Origin: Bacteroidota bacterium
GTDB lineage: Bacteria > Bacteroidota > Bacteroidia > Chitinophagales > LD1
Reading direction: 5' to 3'
DNA: 64,000 nt
Assembly (NCBI GenBank): GCA_947476645.1
Contig: CANJRM010000002.1
Location: forward strand, 189-64,188
The notes beneath the pieces are model-generated. The model saw nothing but the letters and a program-made list of their open reading frames with translations. It did no database searches and was not told the DNA's origin. Below are positions 53,822-63,137 of this stretch, in pieces; the stretch's first letter is position 1; every line of letters begins with the position of its first letter. A program made the translations under genes and the position numbers.

Positions 53822-55123
53822 ATGTCTGCCAAAGAAATTTTTCTTACCACGTTCTACTTACTGTTTTTCAATCTGCTGATTTATCGGTTCAAGATTTTTC
53901 AATTCAAAAATTTCAAGCCACTCGTTACCCACGTTTTATTCAATCTGAAATTTGTAGTAGGCATTTTTATTTGGTTCATCTACACCTTCTACTACAAGGA
54001 TGTTCAGAACAATGATGTCCATAAGTTTTACAACGATGCTTTAATACTTCGAAATACAGCCAACGAAAACCCGCAGGCATTTTTTCAATTGCTGATTGGA
54101 AAGGAAGATGAATCCACTTTGCTATTCGCTTCTCAAATGAAAAACTGGGAGCGCAATTTTGATGAAGCTCCGGTGAATGAAAACAAAACCATCATTCGCC
54201 TCAATGCGCTGCTGATATTTCTTTCGTTCAAAACTTATTTCGTTCACATTCTGTTTATGTGTTTCATGTCGTTGGTTGGTTTCATTCTTATTACTAATTC
54301 CATTTTCGGTTTTACTGACATCAAAAATTCCCTTCTTGCCATTCCGGTTTTGTTTCTCCCTTCAGTTTTATTCTGGACAAGCGGAGTAATGAAAGAACCC
54401 GTTTTAATTTTAGGGCTTGGCTTGTTTGTCTATAGCATTACACATTGGGGAACGCGTAATTCAATCAGCGCTCTTGCAACAGGTTCATTAATTATTCTCT
54501 TTACTAAGTTTTTCGTTCTCGCTTGCTTGCTTCCCGCAACAATTGCCTATCTCCTATTCCGTAAAAACGAAACACCAAAATTTATTCTGCTCAAATATCT
54601 TTTCATCAATTTGGTTTTGTTGTTGCTTGCTTTCAATGTTCGCAACATAGTTCCCAAAATAAACTTGCAGCAAATGCTCATTAATAAGCAAACACACTCC
54701 GTAAAAGAAGCCGAGTATTTCAAAGCAGGCAGCAGAATTGAAATTCCCGAATTAAAAGACGATGTCGTGAGTATTCTAAAAACTTCCGCTGTCGGAATCT
54801 GGAACACCATCACACGTCCTTATGTCTGGGAAACCAAAAATATGATGATGCTCGCAAGCGCTGTCGAAAATTTTTTCATCATTCCTTTCCTGCTTATGTG
54901 GAATGCTTTTAGAAACAGAAAACACAGCACAAACCTTAACCTCTTCTTATTTCTATTGACAGTCTCTCTTACATACTTCGCTATCGTAGGAATCTGCACA
55001 CCGGCTCTCGGCAATCTCGTTCGCTATAAAACTCCTCTCCTCGTTCTATTCATGTTTGCTTTTATTATCCGAGTTAACTCGAAATACATTCCCGAGAGTT
55101 TGAGTTTCGCATTGCGCAAATAG
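53822..55123 (+). CDS. polytopic integral membrane protein, unknown function
   Basis: Start moved to the ATG at 53822. ~434 aa with ~10 TM helices. Resembles glycosyltransferase-C-type or O-antigen-polymerase-like membrane proteins only in general architecture. Confidence 0.5.
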   Translation: MSAKEIFLTTFYLLFFNLLIYRFKIFQFKNFKPLVTHVLFNLKFVVGIFIWFIYTFYYKDVQNNDVHKFYNDALILRNTANENPQAFFQLLIGKEDESTLLFASQMKNWERNFDEAPVNENKTIIRLNALLIFLSFKTYFVHILFMCFMSLVGFILITNSIFGFTDIKNSLLAIPVLFLPSVLFWTSGVMKEPVLILGLGLFVYSITHWGTRNSISALATGSLIILFTKFFVLACLLPATIAYLLFRKNETPKFILLKYLFINLVLLLLAFNVRNIVPKINLQQMLINKQTHSVKEAEYFKAGSRIEIPELKDDVVSILKTSAVGIWNTITRPYVWETKNMMMLASAVENFFIIPFLLMWNAFRNRKHSTNLNLFLFLLTVSLTYFAIVGICTPALGNLVRYKTPLLVLFMFAFIIRVNSKYIPESLSFALRK

Positions 55124-55213
55124 TAGCCGTTGTCTTTTTTACCATACTTGTGTTTACATTCTTTCTTTTCAAAACTTGAAAGCGCAAAACAATAGCCGCA
55201 CATTAGCTTCATT

Positions 55214-55537
55214 ATGTGGAAAGCCATTCGAAAAAAATATAAAAGTATCCCGGCTATTTTCAAGAACCCGTTCTTTATAGCGGGTATATCTTTTGCCGTA
55301 TGGATGATTTTTTTCGATGAAGACAACGTGGTCAATCAATATCGCCTTCACACTCAACTAAAAGACTTACTCGAAAAAAGATCTTTTTACCTGCAGCAAA
55401 TTGCCTCTACCGACAAAGCGTATTTAGAGTTGACTTCCAATCCGCAGTCGCAGGAAAAATTTGCGCGCGAACATTACTGGATGAAAAAAGATAACGAAGA
55501 TGTTTTTGTTATTGTCGATAACCAATCGAAAAATTAG
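55214..55537 (+). CDS. septum formation initiator family protein (FtsB/DivIC-like)
   Basis: 107 aa. One N-terminal TM helix (FFIAGISFAVWMIFF), then a coiled-coil segment (NQYRLHTQLKDLLEKRSFYLQQI) and the EKFAREHYWMKK tail typical of this family. Confidence 0.65.
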   Translation: MWKAIRKKYKSIPAIFKNPFFIAGISFAVWMIFFDEDNVVNQYRLHTQLKDLLEKRSFYLQQIASTDKAYLELTSNPQSQEKFAREHYWMKKDNEDVFVIVDNQSKN

Positions 55538-55552
55538 AACTTACTTCGCTTC

Positions 55553-56437
55553 ATGATTCTTTCGCTCACTCCCGAAAACTTTTCCGATTACGAACTCATT
55601 GACTGTGGTAATTTTCTGAAACTCGAACGTTTCGGAAACTTCATCACCATTCGTCCCGAGCCGCAGGCAGTATGGGATACAAGCATGGGTATCAGCGAGT
55701 GGGAAAAACGGGCACACGTTCATTTCATCCCTAAATCTTCCTCAAGTGGCGATTGGAAAAAATTAAAACAAATGCCCGACCAGTGGCAGGTGAAATGCGA
55801 AATCGGAAACACCAAAAGCGAAATAAAATTTCGCCTTGGACTCACATCGTTCAAGCACGTAGGCATATTTCCCGAGCAGGCAGTCAACTGGAACTACATT
55901 GCCAACGCAACAAAGAAAATAAAAACACCTTCCCCTAAATTTCTGAATCTCTTTGCTTATACGGGCGGTGCTTCACTCGCTGCCAGAGCTGCAGGTGCCG
56001 ATACTTTGCATCTCGATTCCATTAAACAAGTTGTTACTTGGGCAAAAGAAAATATGGAGTTAAGCAAACTCGATAACATACGTTGGGTGGTGGAAGACGC
56101 GCTCAAATTTGTAAAGCGCGAAGTAAAACGTGGCAACAAATATCACGGCATCATTCTCGACCCGCCCGCTTTTGGTCATGGACCCGATGGCGAAAAATGG
56201 AAACTCGAAGATAACATCAACGAAATGATGAAACTCGTTTTGCAATTGCTGAATCCCGAAGAGCACTTCCTTATTCTCAACGCTTACTCACTCGGTTTCT
56301 CTTCTATGATTTTAGAAAACCTTGTTCGTCAAAAAATCAAACCCGAAAACTTAGAAATAGGAGAGTTGTATCTCGAAGATAATTTCAAAAAGAAACTTCC
56401 GCTGGGTGCTTTTGTGCGCTTTGCAAAAACAAAGTAG
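55553..56437 (+). CDS. class I SAM-dependent (RlmI/RlmK-like) methyltransferase
   Basis: 294 aa. LNLFAYTGGASLAAR (motif I), LDSIKQ and IILDPPAFG (motif IV, DPP). Confidence 0.75.
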   Translation: MILSLTPENFSDYELIDCGNFLKLERFGNFITIRPEPQAVWDTSMGISEWEKRAHVHFIPKSSSSGDWKKLKQMPDQWQVKCEIGNTKSEIKFRLGLTSFKHVGIFPEQAVNWNYIANATKKIKTPSPKFLNLFAYTGGASLAARAAGADTLHLDSIKQVVTWAKENMELSKLDNIRWVVEDALKFVKREVKRGNKYHGIILDPPAFGHGPDGEKWKLEDNINEMMKLVLQLLNPEEHFLILNAYSLGFSSMILENLVRQKIKPENLEIGELYLEDNFKKKLPLGAFVRFAKTK

Positions 56438-56443
56438 GTAGAA

Positions 56444-56926
56444 CTACTCCGCCAGCGCGTCAATCATTTTTCCAATCAATCGGCTGAGCTCCTTCGCCTC
56501 ATCCTGACTCAGATACTTAGTAGGCATATCCGTTTTCTCCTCGTGCTTATCAATCTCCGCCAACACATCCAACCCCTTTTGCGTAATCAAAACATCAACC
56601 GCTCTTCGGTCGCGCTTACTCGCCACCCGCTCCACAAAACCCGCTTTGCGCAATCGCTCCACTATCCGCGAAGCATCACTCATCTTGTCCATCATTCGTT
56701 CGCGAATAAGATTTACGGTAGCTGGCTTCGGATGCTGACCTCGCAAAATACGAAGCGCATTGTATTGCTGCGAAGTAAGCTCATACTTCTTAAAATAATT
56801 TTCGTGAAAATTATTCAGCGCATTAGCGGTGTACAAAACACTGATGATAGCCTTATGCTTCTCATCTCTGAATTTACTTTGCTTAATAAGCGTCTCTATT
56901 GACGGCATTGCAATGTGGGTTTTCAC
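56444..56926 (-). CDS. MarR family transcriptional regulator
   Basis: 160 aa. The winged-helix region LTSQQYNALRIL...DASRIVERLRKAGFVERVASKRDRRAVDVLITQKG is canonical MarR. The start may be the internal Met7. Confidence 0.85.
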   Translation of the reverse strand: MKTHIAMPSIETLIKQSKFRDEKHKAIISVLYTANALNNFHENYFKKYELTSQQYNALRILRGQHPKPATVNLIRERMMDKMSDASRIVERLRKAGFVERVASKRDRRAVDVLITQKGLDVLAEIDKHEEKTDMPTKYLSQDEAKELSRLIGKMIDALAE

Positions 56927-56999
56927 AAAAATAAAAAAGCGGATGTAATATCCCCATGATTCATTTTATTCGCACATAGTTCACTTATAAATCAGTTGC

Positions 57000-57395
57000 G
57001 TGCAAAAAATATTACTAATCACCCCCCCCCTTTCAGGTCTCTTAGCAGTTACTCTTGGCGCATTCGGAGTGCACACTCTAAAAGCGCACATCAACATTGA
57101 ATCATTGTCCATTTGGGAAAAAGGAATCCAATACCAATTTTACCATACCCTGGCTTTGCTCTTTTGCGCACTCTATTTACAACAGAAAAACTCTGTTCCC
57201 GTTCGCAACGCAGCCATCTGTTTCATTATAGGCATAACCTGCTTTTCAGGCTCGCTTTATTTACTTGCCACGCGCGAACTTACCAGCATCTCTGCCTCCT
57301 TCATTGGTCCTGTTACACCTATCGGTGGCTTGTTTTTTCTCATTGGCTGGCTAATTCTGTTAATTCATTTTGTTACCTCCCCGCGATCAAGATAG
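57000..57395 (+). CDS. DUF423 (YgdD/TMEM256-like) membrane protein
   Basis: 131 aa, GTG start. LAVTLGAFGVHTLK and YQFYHTLALL motifs typical of DUF423. A C9 homopolymer lies in codons 8-11. Confidence 0.7.
   Translation: MQKILLITPPLSGLLAVTLGAFGVHTLKAHINIESLSIWEKGIQYQFYHTLALLFCALYLQQKNSVPVRNAAICFIIGITCFSGSLYLLATRELTSISASFIGPVTPIGGLFFLIGWLILLIHFVTSPRSR
57022..57030 (+). repeat. poly-C homopolymer (9 C) in the 5' coding region
   Basis: Counted directly: A-CCCCCCCCC-TTT, encoding T-P-P-L. Confidence 0.95.
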
Positions 57396-57501
57396 CTGCC
57401 AGTTAAACCATTTCTGCGGCTTTGTTGTTTTAGGTTTCGGCTAAGTAGAAATTTACAACGCAGAAACACAACTTAAACCCTAACAATTCTATTTTCGCCA
57501 C

Positions 57502-58317
57502 ATGGCACCCGCGCAAATAAAAAATTCATTCAACAGCATTGGTGAAGTAGAAGCAAGTCTTTCTCCTTCTACTCTGGTTTTGAAAATTTGCGTTACCTCA
57601 AACGCGGTTCGGTATTTTGTTGCCAACCAAACACACGGGCAGGTAATTTTTTTTGGTGATTATACTTTACATCATGTGGCAAACGCCAACGATTTAGCAC
57701 AACGTTTAGAAAAAATTTTTGAAAAAGATGAAATCCTCCAACTCCCGTTTTCAAAAGTGTTGCTTGGTGTAGATGAAAAGTATTCGCTTGTTCCCAATGA
57801 GTTTTCGTTTACTATAAACAAGACCGAACAACTTTCGCAAAGTTGTGGCGATGCGCAACTTGTTTTTGAACTTGCTGCACCGTTGTTGCAAGTGCTTCGT
57901 AAATTGTTTCCTGCTTCCGAAGTGCTACATGTGAACTCCACTTACTTTCAACTGCTTGCAGAATATTTGGTTGACTCTACCGAAAAGCTTTTTGTAAACG
58001 TCAGTCAATCGCATTTAGATATTATCCGTTTCAACGAAGCAAAAGAATTGCAACTGATGAATCGTTACGATTACCAAGCGGCAAACGATTTTATTTATTT
58101 CGTTTTGCTGTGCTGCGAAGATTTAAAAATTGACAGGGAGAAAACGGAGTTGGTGCTGATTGGCGAAGTGGATATTCAAAGTAAGATTTATGATTTGTGT
58201 TATCGTTATTTCCGCCACATCAATTTTATTCAGAAACCTGAAGCCATTCATTTCTCCAAAGCATTCGATGTGTTTCCCAAGCATTTGCATTTTAATCTTT
58301 ACAACTTATCGGCATGA
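57502..58317 (+). CDS. DUF3822-like hypothetical protein
   Basis: 271 aa, ATGA-coupled to rsmD. I recall this Bacteroidetes-specific family in the same synteny (upstream of rsmD-coaD). Assignment is from memory only. Confidence 0.5.
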   Translation: MAPAQIKNSFNSIGEVEASLSPSTLVLKICVTSNAVRYFVANQTHGQVIFFGDYTLHHVANANDLAQRLEKIFEKDEILQLPFSKVLLGVDEKYSLVPNEFSFTINKTEQLSQSCGDAQLVFELAAPLLQVLRKLFPASEVLHVNSTYFQLLAEYLVDSTEKLFVNVSQSHLDIIRFNEAKELQLMNRYDYQAANDFIYFVLLCCEDLKIDREKTELVLIGEVDIQSKIYDLCYRYFRHINFIQKPEAIHFSKAFDVFPKHLHFNLYNLSA

Positions 58318-58865
58318 GAATTATAGGTGGTAAACTAAAGAGCGTGCGTTTTGAGCCGCCTAAAAATATTCCTACTCGTCCCACTACCGATTTTGCGAAG
58401 GAAGGTTTGTTCAATACGCTCAACAACAGTTTTAACTTCGATAACATCAAGGTGCTCGATTTGTTTGGCGGCACTGGAAGCATCAGTTATGAATTTTCTT
58501 CGCGCGGTTGCACCGATATTACAACGGTTGAAATTTTTCCGCGCTGTGCCGACTTCATCAAGCGAACTGTTCAGCAGCATAATTTAAGCGGAATTAAAGT
58601 TTTGAAAATGGATGTTTTCAAATTTATAGAGACCGCGCATCAGAAGTTCGATGTGATTTTTGCAGGTCCACCTTATCCGCTACCAAACTTAGATACCATT
58701 CCCGATTTAGTTTTTCAATATGGTTTAGTGGAAGGAGATGGTTGGTTTATTTTAGAACACAACCCAAATCATAATTTCGAAAAGCATCCACACTTTTTTA
58801 AGTATAAGAATTACGGAACAACAATCTTTTCTGTTTTTACCAACGACCCAAAGAAAGTTGACTGA
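58314..58865 (+). CDS. rsmD: 16S rRNA (guanine966-N2)-methyltransferase
   Basis: 183 aa with MRIIGGKLKS..., TRPTTDFAKEGLFN, LDLFGGTGSISYE and FAGPPY motifs. Confidence 0.9.
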   Translation: MRIIGGKLKSVRFEPPKNIPTRPTTDFAKEGLFNTLNNSFNFDNIKVLDLFGGTGSISYEFSSRGCTDITTVEIFPRCADFIKRTVQQHNLSGIKVLKMDVFKFIETAHQKFDVIFAGPPYPLPNLDTIPDLVFQYGLVEGDGWFILEHNPNHNFEKHPHFFKYKNYGTTIFSVFTNDPKKVD

Positions 58866-58926
58866 TATTTTTTTTGTTTTACAATTCTCTGACAATTGCC
58901 AACAGAAATCCACTTAATTTCGCTCT

Positions 58927-59394
58927 ATGAAAAAGATAGCTGTCTTTCCAGGTTCATTTGACCCCATCACCGTTGGTCATGCAGATATTGTGAAGCGTGC
59001 TCTTCCGTTGTTTGACGAAATAATTATTGCTATCGGAAGCAATTCGCAAAAACAAAGTTTGTATTCGCTTGAGCAGAGAATAAAATGGATAGAACTCGTT
59101 TTTAAAGGAGAGAAGAAAGTGAACGTAGAAAGCTATGAAGGGCTGACCGTAAATTTTTGCGAAAAGAGAAAAGCAAATTATTTACTCAGAGGAATTCGTA
59201 GCGCGGGAGATTTTGAATATGAAAAAACAATTGCGCACTTGAATCACGATATGCTTCCGCAGTTAGAAACCATTCTTATTCTTTCAAGATTGGAGTTTTC
59301 TTCTATTTCGTCAACGATTGTTCGCGAAATTATAAGAGGAAAAGGTAAGGTGAGTAAGTTTGTTCCAAAGGAAATTGCAAAAGACTTTAAGTAA
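58927..59394 (+). CDS. coaD: pantetheine-phosphate adenylyltransferase
   Basis: 155 aa with IAVFPGSFDPITVGHADIV (the T/HxGH motif) and SSTIVREI. Confidence 0.95.
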   Translation: MKKIAVFPGSFDPITVGHADIVKRALPLFDEIIIAIGSNSQKQSLYSLEQRIKWIELVFKGEKKVNVESYEGLTVNFCEKRKANYLLRGIRSAGDFEYEKTIAHLNHDMLPQLETILILSRLEFSSISSTIVREIIRGKGKVSKFVPKEIAKDFK

Positions 59395-59398
59395 GCAG

Positions 59399-60223
59399 AT
59401 GAAGCATTCAATAGTTCTAATTGTTTTTTTACAAATAGTATTTGCTGGTTTTTCGCAAGGGAAAGCGAAAGTAGTTTCCGATACTCTGCAACAGAATTAT
59501 ACCATCATTAATTCGCAAAAGGATTCTGTAAAATTTCGCGATAAAGCTTCTCAAACTCTGCGCGACCTGAGAAACGGTGCGGTGATTGTTCGTTTAAAAA
59601 CAAACGATAAAAGTGTGGCGGCATATCGCAAGGCGGGTAGAAACGACATAGCAGATAAAATTGTGGAAAGCCGAAAAACTCAAAATGAAAAACTCCAATA
59701 CGCTTTCGAGCATGAGTTTAGATTTTGTCGAGTCTATTTCATTTATGCCAATCAAACAGCTAAGGTTTTGGAGGGTAACTACAAAGTGTTTTTGAATAAA
59801 GATTTAGAAGTTGATTCTTCTATCGTTTTCAGCGATACCACTTTTGTGTTCTGCGAATTTGGAAGTGTAGAAGGGTTTTCCGATTTCAGCGATTATGAAA
59901 ACAAAACCGTTGCGGACAGAGGTATAGATCATTTGTATGAAAACGGAGACGCAAAAAAGGTTCCCGAAAATGTTCCTAGTCAAACTTCTACTTCACCGGC
60001 ATCTTATAGTGGTTTGATTTTTCTGGATAAAAATCTGAAACAGTTTTATCGTCCTTTTCCGTACGTGCAAGGTGTTTACCTTGATAATTTTGTCCCTTCT
60101 GTCCGCACACTAAACAATGAAATGGAGCGCGCATATTATCGCTTGGTGTCAAGGCGCGACTTTAACAACAGGTACAAGAAGGAACTAAAAAAGCAACGCG
60201 AACAATTGAAGCAATTGAAATGA
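59399..60223 (+). CDS. hypothetical secreted protein
   Basis: Start at the ATG at 59399 (MKHSIVLIVFLQIVFAGFSQG signal peptide). ATGA overlap with lipB. No family recognised. Confidence 0.5.
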   Translation: MKHSIVLIVFLQIVFAGFSQGKAKVVSDTLQQNYTIINSQKDSVKFRDKASQTLRDLRNGAVIVRLKTNDKSVAAYRKAGRNDIADKIVESRKTQNEKLQYAFEHEFRFCRVYFIYANQTAKVLEGNYKVFLNKDLEVDSSIVFSDTTFVFCEFGSVEGFSDFSDYENKTVADRGIDHLYENGDAKKVPENVPSQTSTSPASYSGLIFLDKNLKQFYRPFPYVQGVYLDNFVPSVRTLNNEMERAYYRLVSRRDFNNRYKKELKKQREQLKQLK

Positions 60224-60912
60224 TTTCTTTTAAAATCATTGACCTCGGTCTCACCAAATATCTCGATGCTCTTTACTTACAAGAGGAGCTATTCCACAAA
60301 AATATTGAAGCCAAACTCAATAACACATCTACAACCAATTCAGTAATTCTGTGTGAGCATGAGCCTGTTTTTACTTTAGGCAAAAGCGGCAAGCGCGAAA
60401 ATATTTTGGTAAGCGATGAAGAAATGAATGCTGATTTTTATCACGTGAATAGGGGAGGAGATGTCACCTTTCACGGTCCTGGACAGTTGGTGGTTTATCC
60501 TATTCTCGATTTAGATTCACTGCGCATTGGTTTAGCACAATACATTTTTCTGCTTGAGGAAACCATTATTGAATCGTTGAAAGAATATGGTTTGAAAGGT
60601 GAGCGAATTGAAAATGCCGCAGGCATTTGGATTAGAAGTTCCACTTTTTTAAAAAGTGGAACTTCTGAAAGAAAAATTGGTGCTATAGGAGTGAAGGCAA
60701 GCCGTAATATTACAATGCACGGCATTGCTGTAAACGTAAATACAGACCTTGCTTACTTCAATAAAATTGTTCCGTGTGGATTGGAAGGCAAGGAAACAAC
60801 TTCACTTCAAAAGGAATTAGGAAAGGAAGTTTCAATGGACGACTACAAAAAAGTATTTGTAACAACTTTCCAAAAAGTGTTTAACACTCGGGCACATTCA
60901 GCGGAATATTAA
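60220..60912 (+). CDS. lipB: lipoyl(octanoyl) transferase
   Basis: 230 aa with [29 protein letters not shown] and [22 protein letters not shown] motifs. Confidence 0.95.
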   Translation: MISFKIIDLGLTKYLDALYLQEELFHKNIEAKLNNTSTTNSVILCEHEPVFTLGKSGKRENILVSDEEMNADFYHVNRGGDVTFHGPGQLVVYPILDLDSLRIGLAQYIFLLEETIIESLKEYGLKGERIENAAGIWIRSSTFLKSGTSERKIGAIGVKASRNITMHGIAVNVNTDLAYFNKIVPCGLEGKETTSLQKELGKEVSMDDYKKVFVTTFQKVFNTRAHSAEY

Positions 60913-62308
60913 TGGCTAATCCGCCATCGGCAGTTTCCTTGTATTTCGCGCTCATGTCTTTTGCAGTATCCCACATGGTTTTTATCACGGTGTCCAAGGA
61001 AATTTTCATTAAATCCGAATCACTTTGCAAGGCAAGTTGCGAAGCAGTAATAGCTTTAATAGCACCCATAGTGTTTCGTTCAATGCAAGGTATTTGCACC
61101 AATCCTCCAATAGGGTCGCAGGTCATACCTAGGTGATGCTCCATCGCAATTTCAGCGGCTTGTAAAACCTGTGAAGGATTTCCTCCGAGGCATTCAGTCA
61201 AAGCGCCTGCAGCCATCGCACTTGAAACACCAATCTCTGCCTGGCAGCCGCCCATCGCTGCGCTTATCGTAGAACCCTTCTTAAACAAACTTCCAAGTTC
61301 AGCAGCGGTCAGAATAAACTGAACAATGTTTTCATCCTTCGTTCCGTTGCAAAAAAGGTGGTAATACATCAACACAGCCGGCACTACTCCCGCTGCGCCA
61401 TTGGTAGGCGCAGTAACCACACGACTGAAAGAAGCGTTCTCTTCGTTCACTGCAAGAGCAAAACAGCTAATCCAATTCATTGTGTTGGTGAAAGATTTGT
61501 CTGTTGAACGAATTTGTTCCATCCATTCCTGCAAATTATTTTCAGGCAGATTTTTCAAATACTGATTGTTCATCTTCTCCGCTCTGCGCACCACATTCAA
61601 TCCACCCGGTAAAATTCCTGAACGGTGGCAACCGCTATAAATACATTCCTTCATCACCTGCCAGATATTCAGAATTCCGTTCACCGTTTCCTTTTCGCTG
61701 CGCCATGCTTTTTCATTTTCAATAACTAATTGCGAAATACTTAAACCTGCGCGCATACAGTTTTGTAAAAGTTCATCGGCATCGTGCACGTCATACTTCA
61801 ACGAAATATTCTTTTGTGAAGAAGAAGTTTCACCTTCCTTAACCACAAACCCACCACCTACGGAATAATAAATTTCATTTTTGGCTGAACCGTTTCTGAA
61901 CGTTGCGGAAATCTTCATCGCATTCGGATGAAAAGCAAGCGATTCTTTTTTCAGAAGCAATAAATCAGTTTCCGAATTGAAATCAATTTCATGTAAGCCG
62001 CTCAATAAAATTTTGTTTGACTCTTTTATAGCATCTACTTTTTTCTTTAACAATGAAGTGTCGAAAGTCACAGGGTCTTCACCACTCAACCCAAGCATGA
62101 TGGCAATATCGGTTCCGTGACCTTTGCCCGTTTTTGCGAGTGAACCATAGAGTTCAATTTTTACTGCTGAAACTTCTGTCAATTTATTTTCATCCGAAAT
62201 TTCTTTCAGAAATCTTTCAGCCGCGCGCCATGGACCTAGTGTGTGCGAACTGGATGGTCCCACGCCTATTTTAAAAATATCGAAAACGCTGATGGCTTCT
62301 TTTGACAT
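60881..62308 (-). CDS. sdaA: L-serine ammonia-lyase, iron-sulfur-dependent, single chain
   Basis: 475 aa. N-terminus [25 protein letters not shown] and C-terminal [16 protein letters not shown] motifs. The 3' end overlaps the lipB 3' end by 32 nt (convergent). Confidence 0.95.
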   Translation of the reverse strand: MSKEAISVFDIFKIGVGPSSSHTLGPWRAAERFLKEISDENKLTEVSAVKIELYGSLAKTGKGHGTDIAIMLGLSGEDPVTFDTSLLKKKVDAIKESNKILLSGLHEIDFNSETDLLLLKKESLAFHPNAMKISATFRNGSAKNEIYYSVGGGFVVKEGETSSSQKNISLKYDVHDADELLQNCMRAGLSISQLVIENEKAWRSEKETVNGILNIWQVMKECIYSGCHRSGILPGGLNVVRRAEKMNNQYLKNLPENNLQEWMEQIRSTDKSFTNTMNWISCFALAVNEENASFSRVVTAPTNGAAGVVPAVLMYYHLFCNGTKDENIVQFILTAAELGSLFKKGSTISAAMGGCQAEIGVSSAMAAGALTECLGGNPSQVLQAAEIAMEHHLGMTCDPIGGLVQIPCIERNTMGAIKAITASQLALQSDSDLMKISLDTVIKTMWDTAKDMSAKYKETADGGLAINIPLNVPEC

Positions 62309-62420
62309 AACGGGTCGAAAGTAATAATGAAACAGGATAAACTTTTTTACTGTTTAATATCATCTCCACAACCGTATACAATTTTGTCTATTTGCTGTAA
62401 TTAGTTCTCTTTACTACGAC

Positions 62421-63137
62421 ATGGAAATTGCAAGGTTGGAAGGTGCAGGAAAAGTATATAAAAGCGGAGATACCGAAGTGGTGGCTTTGCAACCCACAGA
62501 TTTCAAGGTAAACAAGGGTGAACTCATTCTTATTATCGGTCCTTCCGGTTCGGGTAAAACAACTTTGTTATCGCTTCTTGGTTGCGTAATCTATCCATCG
62601 CACGGAAAGGTTTGGATTAACGGCACATACACCAATCATTTAAGCGATAAAGAAATGGCCAGCGTTCGGTTGAATAATATGGGCTTTGTGTTTCAGAGTT
62701 TTAACCTGATAGCTCCGCTGAATGTGGAAGAGAATGTGATGTTGCCATTAACCTTACAAGGCATATCTAATAAAGACGCTAAGCCGCGAGTGATAAAAGC
62801 CCTCGATTTGCTGGGCATGACGCACCGGTTAAAATCGTTGCCGAAAATGTTATCGGGCGGAGAGCAACAGCGCGTAGCCATTGCCCGTGCTTTGGTATCG
62901 GATCCGCCTATGTTACTTTGCGATGAGCCGACTGCATCGCTGGATGTAAAATCGGTAGGTGTGGTAATGAAGCAGTTGCAGGATTTAGCCAAACAGGACA
63001 AAGGCATAATTGTAGTTACGCACGACCAGCGTTTAGTGCCGTATGCCACGCGCGTGATAGAGGTGCAAAACGGTGCGGCCCTGGAAGTATCGCAGAGCGA
63101 ATATTTAAAGAACCTGACAAACGAAATAAAAACATGA
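62421..63137 (+). CDS. ABC transporter ATP-binding protein (LolD/MacB/DevA-like)
   Basis: 238 aa. Walker A GPSGSGKTT, signature LSGGEQQRVAIARAL, Walker B LLCDEPT. Confidence 0.9.
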   Translation: MEIARLEGAGKVYKSGDTEVVALQPTDFKVNKGELILIIGPSGSGKTTLLSLLGCVIYPSHGKVWINGTYTNHLSDKEMASVRLNNMGFVFQSFNLIAPLNVEENVMLPLTLQGISNKDAKPRVIKALDLLGMTHRLKSLPKMLSGGEQQRVAIARALVSDPPMLLCDEPTASLDVKSVGVVMKQLQDLAKQDKGIIVVTHDQRLVPYATRVIEVQNGAALEVSQSEYLKNLTNEIKT

